Shown here: positions 18,043 to 25,293 of the stretch, in pieces | Numbering within the stretch: position 1 is the stretch's first letter | Layout of the letters: each line of letters begins with the position of its first letter | Source: Alphaproteobacteria bacterium | GTDB taxonomy: Bacteria; Pseudomonadota; Alphaproteobacteria; UBA828 | Assembly: GCA_963667705.1 (NCBI GenBank) | Contig: OY763937.1 | Location: 703,069 to 767,068 of the forward strand | Length of the DNA: 64,000 nt | Direction: 5' to 3' | Made by a program: the position numbers and the translations under genes | Notes under the pieces: generated by a model | Told to the model about the DNA's origin: nothing | Database searches by the model: none | The model's input: the letters and a program-made list of their open reading frames with translations, nothing else

Positions 18043-19125
18043 ATGAGCGATATCGCTGTCGACCTGATCAACGTCACCAAGCGTTTCGGCAGGGATATCC
18101 TCGCGGTCGACGAGATGTCACTGCACATCGCGCAGGGCGAGTACATCTCCTTCATCGGCCCGTCGGGCTGCGGCAAGACCACGACGCTGCGCATGATCTC
18201 CGGCTTCGAGGAGCCGACCGACGGGCAGATCCTCATCGCTGGGCGCGACTGCACGCACCTCGAGCCGCACGAGCGCAACACCGCCATGGTGTTCCAGCAC
18301 TTCGCGCTCTTCCCGCACATGTCGGTGGCGCAGAACGTCGAGTTCGGCCTGCGCATGCGCAAGGTGACGGCGGCGGAGCGCAGCCAGCGTGCGCTGGAGA
18401 TGCTGCGCGCGGTCGACATCGAGGACCTGGCCGACCGCGCGATCCAGCAGCTCTCCGGCGGCCAGCAGCAGCGCGTAGGCCTCGCCCGCGCCCTGGTGAC
18501 GCGCCCGGACGTGCTCCTGCTCGACGAGCCGCTGGGCTCGCTCGACGCCAACCTGCGGCTCCGCATGCAGCGCGAGCTGCGCCGGCTGAACACCGATTTC
18601 GGCGTCGCCTTCGTCCACGTCACCCACACCCAGACCGAGGCCTTCGCGGTCTCCGACCGGGTGGTGATCATGAACCTGGGGCGGATCGAGCAGATCGGCC
18701 CGCCGGAGGAGGTGACGCACCGGCCGAAGAACCTCTTCGTCGCCCAGTTCGTGGGCAAGAACAACATCCTGGCCGGCGAGATCACCGGCGTCGAAGGCGG
18801 CATCGCCACCGTCACGGGCCCGTCCGGCACCTTCCGCGCCCGCATCGCCGACGACGCGCCCGAGCGCAGGGACTGCCACGTGGTGGTGCGCGCGAGCCTC
18901 ACCAACCTGCTGCTGAACGGCGAGGCGCCGGACAACACGGTGGAGGGCGAGGTCTCGTTCTCCATCTTCGAGACCTCGCAGATCGAGTTCAACGTCACCC
19001 TGCCGAGCGGCGATTCCATCCGCGTGGACGAGCACGAGCCGCCGCCGGCGATCGCCGCGCTGAAGCACGGCGACAGGGTGAGGGTGGGCTGGAACGCTGA
19101 CGATGCGCTGGTGGTGTTCGAGTAG
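18043..19125 (+). CDS. ABC transporter ATP-binding protein (PotA/Fe3+/polyamine-type importer)
   Basis: Walker A GPSGCGKTT, signature LSGGQQQR, Walker B LLLDEP, and a C-terminal TOBE-like regulatory domain. Confidence 0.9.
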   Translation: MSDIAVDLINVTKRFGRDILAVDEMSLHIAQGEYISFIGPSGCGKTTTLRMISGFEEPTDGQILIAGRDCTHLEPHERNTAMVFQHFALFPHMSVAQNVEFGLRMRKVTAAERSQRALEMLRAVDIEDLADRAIQQLSGGQQQRVGLARALVTRPDVLLLDEPLGSLDANLRLRMQRELRRLNTDFGVAFVHVTHTQTEAFAVSDRVVIMNLGRIEQIGPPEEVTHRPKNLFVAQFVGKNNILAGEITGVEGGIATVTGPSGTFRARIADDAPERRDCHVVVRASLTNLLLNGEAPDNTVEGEVSFSIFETSQIEFNVTLPSGDSIRVDEHEPPPAIAALKHGDRVRVGWNADDALVVFE

Positions 19126-19192
19126 GCGCCCGCATCGCGCGTGGTGCCGATGATGTGGGGCGGGCTGCCATGACCGGCGGGGCGAAGGCCAG

Positions 19193-20098
19193 GTGACGGA
19201 CGTCGCGCAAGCGCCGGTCCCGGCCCTTTCGTCCGGGATGACGCTCACCAAGAAGCGCGCGCGCCAGGCTCTGCTGCTGGTGGCGGCGCCCACCATCCTG
19301 ATGGCGCTCTTCTGTGGCATCCCGCTGGTCTCGGTGGTGGTGTTCAGCTTCTACAAGCCCTGGGCCTACGGCATGAAGCCGGGCTTCGTGCTGGACAACT
19401 ACATCGAGTTCTTCTCCACCGCGACCTACCTGCAGACCCTCGGCTTCACCTTCCTGATCGCGATCATCGTGCTGCCGCTGATGGTGCTGCTCTGCTACCC
19501 GGTGGCCTACTACGTCTGCTTCTTCGTGAGGAGCGAGCGGCTCAAGCTCTACATCCTGCTGCTCTGCATCGTGCCCTTCTGGACCAGCGCGCTGATCCGC
19601 ATGGTGGCGTGGCTGCCGCTGCTGGGGCGCAAGGGGCTGATCAACCAGATCCTGATGGGCATCGGCATCATCGACGAGCCGGCGGAGATCCTGCTCTACA
19701 GCGAGCCCAGCATGGTCTTCTCCATGGCGATCATCTGGTCGGTCTTCATGATCGGCCCGATCTACTTCTCCATGGCCAAGATCGACCGCCAGGTGATCGA
19801 GGCGGCACGCGACCTCGGCGCCTCGGCCTGGACCACCTTCTGGAAGATCATCGTGCCGCTGACCAAGCCGGGGCTCGCCACCGGCATCCTCTTCGTCTTC
19901 GTCGTGATGATGGGCGAGTTCGCGATTCAGAAGTTCATCGGCGGCGGCAAGACGACCATGCTCGCCAACGTGCTCATCCAGCAGCAGGGCCTGCTGCAGT
20001 GGCCGGCGGCGTCCGCGGTGGCGGTGGTCATGGTGCTGGTCTCGATCCCGGTGATCGTGCTGATCTTCCAGTTCGTCAATCTGCGGCGGGAGCTCTGA
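19193..20098 (+). CDS. ABC transporter permease (PotB-like)
   Basis: 6 TM segments with an EAA-like loop (IEAARDLGASAWTTFWKIIVPL). Confidence 0.9.
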   Translation: MTDVAQAPVPALSSGMTLTKKRARQALLLVAAPTILMALFCGIPLVSVVVFSFYKPWAYGMKPGFVLDNYIEFFSTATYLQTLGFTFLIAIIVLPLMVLLCYPVAYYVCFFVRSERLKLYILLLCIVPFWTSALIRMVAWLPLLGRKGLINQILMGIGIIDEPAEILLYSEPSMVFSMAIIWSVFMIGPIYFSMAKIDRQVIEAARDLGASAWTTFWKIIVPLTKPGLATGILFVFVVMMGEFAIQKFIGGGKTTMLANVLIQQQGLLQWPAASAVAVVMVLVSIPVIVLIFQFVNLRREL

Positions 20099-20101
20099 GC
20101 C

Positions 20102-20983
20102 ATGCCGGAGCCCACCAGCTACCACGTCGCCAGGTTCGGCTGGGTCAAGATCGTGCTCGCGGTCTACGTGGTGCTCTTCGTGCTGATGCTCTACGGGCCC
20201 TTCATCGTCATGGCGATCCTCTCCTTCCAGGGGGAGGACGGAGGCCCCACCTTCCCGATGCAGGGAACCAGCGTCTTCTGGTACGAGCGCCTCTTCAACC
20301 CCTCGGGCACGGCCCGCGACATCGGCGAATACGTCGGCGACTTCGGCAATGCCGGGCTGCGCTCGCTGGTGCTGGCGCTGCTCGTCATGTGCATCTCGAC
20401 GGTGCTCGCCACCATGGCGGCGCAGGCGATGCGCGCGCGCTTCCTCGGCGCAGGCCCGATCTTCTACCTCTACCTCGTCGGCATCATGATCCCGGGCGTC
20501 ACGGTGGGCCTGGGGCACGCGCTCTTCTGGCAGGGCATCGGCATCGACAAGCACTGGCTGGGGACGACGCTGCCGGTCCACATCCTCTGGACCTTCCCCT
20601 TCTGCTTCATCGTCATGCTGACGGTGTTCAACCGCTTCGACCGCTCGACCGAGGAGGCGGCGATGTGCCTCGGCGCCAACAGCTGGCGCACCTTCTGGCA
20701 CATCACGCTGCCGATCATGAAGCCCGGCATCATGGCGTCGGCGCTCTTCGGCTTCACGCTCTCGTTCGACGAGTTCGCCCGCACCGTGCTGGTGGCGGGC
20801 TCGCAGAACACGCTGCCGCTCGACGTGCTGGGCGCGACCACGATCCGCATCACGCCGCGCATCTTCGCCGTCGGCGTCATCATCACCCTGATCTCGTTCG
20901 CGGTTATCGGCATCTTCGGCTACCTGATGACCGCGAGCCGTTACCGGCCCCGCTTCACGGGGCAGGAGGAGCACCAGGTCTAG
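20102..20983 (+). CDS. ABC transporter permease (PotC-like)
   Basis: EAA-like loop EEAAMCLGANSWRTFWHITLPI. It begins 4 nt after the preceding permease gene. Confidence 0.9.
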   Translation: MPEPTSYHVARFGWVKIVLAVYVVLFVLMLYGPFIVMAILSFQGEDGGPTFPMQGTSVFWYERLFNPSGTARDIGEYVGDFGNAGLRSLVLALLVMCISTVLATMAAQAMRARFLGAGPIFYLYLVGIMIPGVTVGLGHALFWQGIGIDKHWLGTTLPVHILWTFPFCFIVMLTVFNRFDRSTEEAAMCLGANSWRTFWHITLPIMKPGIMASALFGFTLSFDEFARTVLVAGSQNTLPLDVLGATTIRITPRIFAVGVIITLISFAVIGIFGYLMTASRYRPRFTGQEEHQV

Positions 20984-21049
20984 GCCGCCGCCCGGGCGCC
21001 GCCCGGGCCGGCCCGGAACAGGCTACGAAGACTGGAAAGGGAGGAAACC

Positions 21050-22408
21050 ATGGACAGCAAGCATCTCGAACAGAAGCACGAGCGTCTGGCCGAGCGGATG
21101 GACCTCCATACCGCGATGGCCGCCGAGGAGAAGGCGATCAAGCGCTTCCGCGACGCCGACGCGGCGGCGGAGGAGGGCGGCGGCATCGACCGGCGCACCT
21201 TCCTCGCCGCCGCCGGCGTCACGGCCGCCGCGGCCGGCACAGTGCTCGGCACCGGCGCGGCGCGCGCCGGACTTGCAGAGCGCGTGGCCGGCATCACCCA
21301 GGACGATCCGATGCAGACCATCGGCCTCGGCGTCTCGGTGCAGGAGCGCTTCTTCAACAGGTTCAAGGAGGACACCGGCCTCGACGTGACCGGGACCGTG
21401 GCCGGCTTGAGCGAGATGATCACCAAGTTCATCACCGGCGGCAACAAGACCTACTCGATGGTCGAGACCAACGCCTACCGCCAGCCGGCGCTGCGCGAGG
21501 CAGAGGTCATCGTGCCGATCCCGGCGGAGAAGATCACCAACTGGGAGTTCGCCGATTCGCTCTACACCCAGCCCGGCCACATCGGCGCCGACGAGGTCAC
21601 CGGCTGGCCGTCCAACATCGTCTACTGGGACGAGAACAAGGATTCGTTCTACGGCGTGCCCCAGTTCTACAACATGGATGCGTTGGGCGTCTTGCCGCAC
21701 AAGTTCGCGCCCACCCAGCCGGACTTCGCGATCCCGGATTCGCTCGGGCTGCTCTACACCGGCAAGTGGCGCGACGTGGACGCGGTCGGCAAGACCTCGA
21801 TCCAGAACGACGAGCTGATGGGGCCGCCGCGCGCCTACAGCTTCCTCTGGAAGAACGGGATCATGGACCCGCCCAGGGTCGGCAACTCCGACATGGAGCC
21901 CGACGAGGTTGCAGGCGTGGTGGACTACCTCATCGCCGCCAAGAACGACGGCGTGTTCCGCCTCATCTGGAACAACTACGGCGAGGCCGTGAACCTGCTC
22001 GCCTCCGAGGAGGTGTGGGGCATGGACTGCTGGAACCCGGTGGTCGAGGACGTGAAGAAGCGCGGCATCCCGTGCTGGTACGTCGACGTGTTCGAGGGCA
22101 CGGCCGCCTGGGTCCACACCATGTGCCTCTCCAGCGAGGCGCCGGAGCCCGAGGTCGCCATGGCCTACATGGACTGGTGCCTCGACGGCTGGTGGGGCTC
22201 GGCGGTGGCGCCCCAGGGCTACTACTCGCCCTGCCCCGACCCGGTGCTCGACTACCTGACCGAGGACCAGTACCGCACCTGGTACATGGGCAAGGGCCGC
22301 GATACCGGGCCGAAGACCCGGCGCCAGTCCAACATCGCCTTCTGGATGGTGTGGCCCACGCACGTGACCAGCTACATCAAGGAGTGGAACCGCTTCAGCG
22401 CGGCCTGA
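21050..22408 (+). CDS. Periplasmic substrate-binding protein of the ABC importer, Tat signal peptide
   Basis: Twin-arginine motif DRRTFLAAAGVTAAAAGTVLGTGAARA, 452 aa. An RBS GGGAGGAAA lies upstream. It is the last gene of the ATPase-permease-permease-SBP unit. Confidence 0.85.
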   Translation: MDSKHLEQKHERLAERMDLHTAMAAEEKAIKRFRDADAAAEEGGGIDRRTFLAAAGVTAAAAGTVLGTGAARAGLAERVAGITQDDPMQTIGLGVSVQERFFNRFKEDTGLDVTGTVAGLSEMITKFITGGNKTYSMVETNAYRQPALREAEVIVPIPAEKITNWEFADSLYTQPGHIGADEVTGWPSNIVYWDENKDSFYGVPQFYNMDALGVLPHKFAPTQPDFAIPDSLGLLYTGKWRDVDAVGKTSIQNDELMGPPRAYSFLWKNGIMDPPRVGNSDMEPDEVAGVVDYLIAAKNDGVFRLIWNNYGEAVNLLASEEVWGMDCWNPVVEDVKKRGIPCWYVDVFEGTAAWVHTMCLSSEAPEPEVAMAYMDWCLDGWWGSAVAPQGYYSPCPDPVLDYLTEDQYRTWYMGKGRDTGPKTRRQSNIAFWMVWPTHVTSYIKEWNRFSAA

Positions 22409-22429
22409 TCCGCTCCTGTTCGAGTACGC

Positions 22430-22460
22430 GCGGCGCGGCCGGGACCATCGGCCGCGCCGC
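22430..22460 (+). terminator. Strong hairpin (11-bp perfect GC stem, 9-nt loop) after the SBP gene
   Basis: The sequence is gcggcgcggcc-gggaccatc-ggccgcgccgc, 22 nt after the stop at 22408. There is no U-tract, so it could be an attenuator or an mRNA-stabilising element. Confidence 0.35.
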
Positions 22461-22499
22461 AACCGTTGACGGCCGCACGCCCGCGCGGAAGATCGTCCC

Positions 22500-24095
22500 A
22501 TGGCGCTCGAGCGGCCCAAGCACATCAGGACAGGCGCCGATGCCCGCGACGCGCTCATGGCGGGCTTCGGCCACGCCGCGCATCTCGCGAGCCTGACGCT
22601 CGGCCCCCAGGGCGGCCGCGTGGTGCTGGAGCGGCCCGACGACTACCCGGAGCTCACGCGGGACGGCTTCACCGCCATCCGCGACCTCGAGAACGAGGAC
22701 CGCTTCGCCACCCTCGGCACCGAGCTGCTCAAGGCCTGCGTCAAGAAGACCCGCGATGCGGTCGGCGACGGCTCCACCACCACGGCGCTGCTCGCCGGCG
22801 CCTTCGCCGAGGCCGGCCTGCGCCTGATCGCGGCGGGGATCGACCCGCCCTCGGCGCGGCGCGGCTTCGAGGGGCTCACGCAGGAGGCGCTGGCGGCGCT
22901 CTCGCGTCAGAGCGGGCCGGCAGAGGGCCGCGCGATGCTGGCGCAGCTCGCCCACGTCGCCGCCGACGGTGACGACGAGATCGCGGACCTCGTGGCCGAG
23001 GCGGTGGAGCGCCTGGGGCATGAGGGCGTGATCAAGGTCTCCTACCACCAGGGCGTCGACACCACGATCGACTACATGAGCGGCATGGCCTTCGACCACG
23101 GCCTGCTCTCGCGCAACTTCCTGCTTAAGGCGGGCGAGAGCGAGGTCGCGCTCGACCGGCCCTACCTGCTGATGTGCCAGGGCGAGCTGACCGAGGCGGC
23201 CCAGCTCGTGCCGGCGCTGGAGGCGGCGAAGCAGGGCGGCCGCAGCCTGCTGGTGCTGGCCCAGGACGTCTCCGACCAGGCGCTCGCCGTGATGCTCGCC
23301 AACCACCGCGAGGGCGCGGTGCGCTGCGCCGCGGCGAAGGGGCCGGAATCCGGCATCTACCGCCACGCCGCGACCGACGACGTGGCCGTGCTCACGGGCG
23401 GGCGCATGGCGGGCGAGGACACCGGGATCGCGGCGGAGTCACTCGGGCCCGGCACCCTCGGCACGGCGAAACGGGCGGTGGTGGACGGGGTCTCGACCAC
23501 CATCTTCGGCGGCGGCGGCGCGCCGGAGGCCGTGGAGGAGCGCGCGGCGCAACTGCGCGATGCCATCGAGCGCGAGCGCAAGACCTACGACCGCAACAAG
23601 TACGAGGCCCGCCTCGCCCGTCTGGTCGCGGGCGTCGCCAACATCCGGGTCGGCGGCGTCACCGAGACCGCGTGGAAGGCGCGCCACCGCGCCTGCGAGA
23701 ACGCGCTCAACACCGCGCGCGCCGCGGCGAAGGACGGCGTGGTCGCGGGCGGCGGCGTGGCGCTGGCCCGCGCGGCCTTCGCCATGGAGGGGGGCGCGTC
23801 CGCCGCCGGCGACCCGCTGCGTCGCGCCTTCGTCCGCGCCCTGCAGGAGCCCTTCCGCCGCATCGCCGGCGCCGCCGGCCGCGAGCCCGCGCTCGCCCTC
23901 GAAGCGTTGCAGGAGGCTCCGCCGGAGATCGGCTTCGACGCGCGCACGGCTTCCTTCCGCCCCTGGCGGGAGGCGGGCGTGGTGGACGCGGCCCGCGTGA
24001 CCGCGACGGCGCTCACCAACGCGGCCGTCACCGCCGGCCAGCTGCTCTCCACCGGCTGCGCCGTGGCCCTCGCCCGCCGCCCCGACGCGATCTAG
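22500..24095 (+). CDS. Divergent group I chaperonin (GroEL/Cpn60) paralogue, no adjacent groES
   Basis: It is colinear with GroEL: TLGPQGGRVVLE, TRDGFTAI, VGDGSTTTALLA (GDGTTT motif), GMAFDHGLLSRNF (GroEL has GMQFDRGYLSPYF) and KDGVVAGGGVAL. It is 531 aa and lacks the C-terminal GGM repeats. Confidence 0.8.
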   Translation: MALERPKHIRTGADARDALMAGFGHAAHLASLTLGPQGGRVVLERPDDYPELTRDGFTAIRDLENEDRFATLGTELLKACVKKTRDAVGDGSTTTALLAGAFAEAGLRLIAAGIDPPSARRGFEGLTQEALAALSRQSGPAEGRAMLAQLAHVAADGDDEIADLVAEAVERLGHEGVIKVSYHQGVDTTIDYMSGMAFDHGLLSRNFLLKAGESEVALDRPYLLMCQGELTEAAQLVPALEAAKQGGRSLLVLAQDVSDQALAVMLANHREGAVRCAAAKGPESGIYRHAATDDVAVLTGGRMAGEDTGIAAESLGPGTLGTAKRAVVDGVSTTIFGGGGAPEAVEERAAQLRDAIERERKTYDRNKYEARLARLVAGVANIRVGGVTETAWKARHRACENALNTARAAAKDGVVAGGGVALARAAFAMEGGASAAGDPLRRAFVRALQEPFRRIAGAAGREPALALEALQEAPPEIGFDARTASFRPWREAGVVDAARVTATALTNAAVTAGQLLSTGCAVALARRPDAI

Positions 24096-24121
24096 CCCGG
24101 AATTCGCGGCGCGGTCCGGCC

Positions 24122-24946
24122 CTAGTAGTCGAGGCAGAACCCCGCGCGCGTCTCCCCTGCGAAGTCCCAGGGGCCGGGGCGGGCCAGGGGCGAGGGCGTG
24201 GCGATGCCGACTTCGAAAGCGGGTTCAGGCACTTGCGGCGATTTGGCTTCGTTTTGCAAATTCGCATGGTCGCCGTGCGGCGCCGGGCTGCGGGGCTCCG
24301 GCGCAGGGCTGCGGACCTCCGGGGCGGCGTCGTTCCTGTCGGCGCCGCTCACGGCCCTGCGCGCCCATGACTCCGGCGCGTCGTCGCCGCTCCTGCTCTC
24401 GCGCGCCCGTGCCCCTGCCTCCGCCGCCGCCGCCGTGCCGGCGCGCAGGCGGGTGAACTCCCGCAGCGTCCGCTCGAGCGCCCGCTGCAGCGCGCCCTCG
24501 TGGCGGGCGAGGCGCTCGAAGGCCCGCGCGCTCGCCTCGTGCTCCACCAGCAGCGCCGCCAGCGGCGCTCCGGCACGCAGCTCGTCGGCGTCCTCCGCCT
24601 CCCCGTCTCCTTGCGCGCGCTCGCGGCTGCGCTGCGCGCGGAGCTCGCCGTACTCGAAGATCTCGGCCTCCAGGCGCGAGGCGCGCTCGAGGCGCCAGAG
24701 CAGGACGGCGATGCGCTGGGCCAGCGCCGCCTGGACCACATCGAGCGGGTCGAGGTCGGCGATCACGTCCTGGCGGAGCGCGTGGAAGACTTCCTCGTCC
24801 TCGTCCGCCAGCACCAGGGTGCGGGCGGCGGTGAAGCCGTGGACGAGGGCGTTGGCGGAAGAGGCCGCCTTGCCGGCGGCGCTCCTCGGCCCGGTGCTCT
24901 TCTGCGCGTTGCGGCGGTTGGCCGCGATCTGTCTCCAGGTGGCCAC
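24122..24946 (-). CDS. Hypothetical protein with a basic N-terminal motif ANRRNAQKSTGPRS..GK..SS.NALVHG and a low-complexity C-terminal half
   Basis: 274-aa ORF with an ATG start and GGAG upstream (aaaggagcctcccgtg). The coiled-coil-like middle region has plausible coding composition. No function is recognised. Confidence 0.55.
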   Translation of the reverse strand: MATWRQIAANRRNAQKSTGPRSAAGKAASSANALVHGFTAARTLVLADEDEEVFHALRQDVIADLDPLDVVQAALAQRIAVLLWRLERASRLEAEIFEYGELRAQRSRERAQGDGEAEDADELRAGAPLAALLVEHEASARAFERLARHEGALQRALERTLREFTRLRAGTAAAAEAGARARESRSGDDAPESWARRAVSGADRNDAAPEVRSPAPEPRSPAPHGDHANLQNEAKSPQVPEPAFEVGIATPSPLARPGPWDFAGETRAGFCLDY

Positions 24947-25025
24947 GGGAGGCTCCTTTCGGTCGGTTCACGAACCGGGAATTGGAACCCCCGCCGCCGC
25001 GCCCGTGCACCGCACCATGGTGCGG

Positions 25026-25093
25026 GGTCGCCCGTGCCCGAAGGGTCGCGGGCGCGGCATATGGTCGCCCGCGCCTGCAAGGTCGCGGGCGCC
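25026..25093. repeat. Four tandem 18-19-bp GGTCGC-headed repeats that alternate between complementary cores
   Basis: GGTCGC occurs at 25026, 25044, 25063 and 25081. Units alternate ggtcgcccg(t/c)gcc with ggtcgcgggcgc(g/c), so adjacent units can pair into two hairpins. The array lies upstream of the hypothetical gene at 24946. Confidence 0.4.
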
Positions 25094-25156
25094 AACCAAC
25101 AGAATCGCGCAGGCCAGCAGGGTCCTGTGTGACCGCTCGCGCCCTTCAAATTCCAT

Positions 25157-25248
25157 CGTCATGCCCGGACTCGTTCCGGGCATCCACGTTTTTTGTTTCT
25201 GCGGCACGAAAAAACCCGTGGATGGCCGGAACAAGTCCGGCCATGACG
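25157..25248. repeat. REP/MITE-like repeat family A, copy 1
   Basis: The arms are cgtcatgcccggactcgttccgggcatccacg ... cgtggatggccggaacaagtccggccatgacg. Each arm is itself a hairpin, and the two arms are imperfect inverted repeats. The same element occurs at 29252 and 53786. Confidence 0.7.
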
Positions 25249-25293
25249 AAATGGGGGCCTGGCCCGGCAGATGCGTCCGTCGGTGTCGCCGGC

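Noticed and set aside
14590-19100. Long ORFs 14590-17625 (minus strand) and 15288-19100 (plus strand)
   Set aside because: They overlap the TPR, MFS, aminotransferase and ABC ATPase genes in the wrong frame or strand. They are Arg/Ala/Gly/Pro-rich and contain no domains.
25026-25093. Whether the 18-19-bp tandem repeats are a miniature CRISPR array
   Set aside because: The units are directly adjacent with no spacers, there are only four of them, and no cas genes are anywhere in the window.
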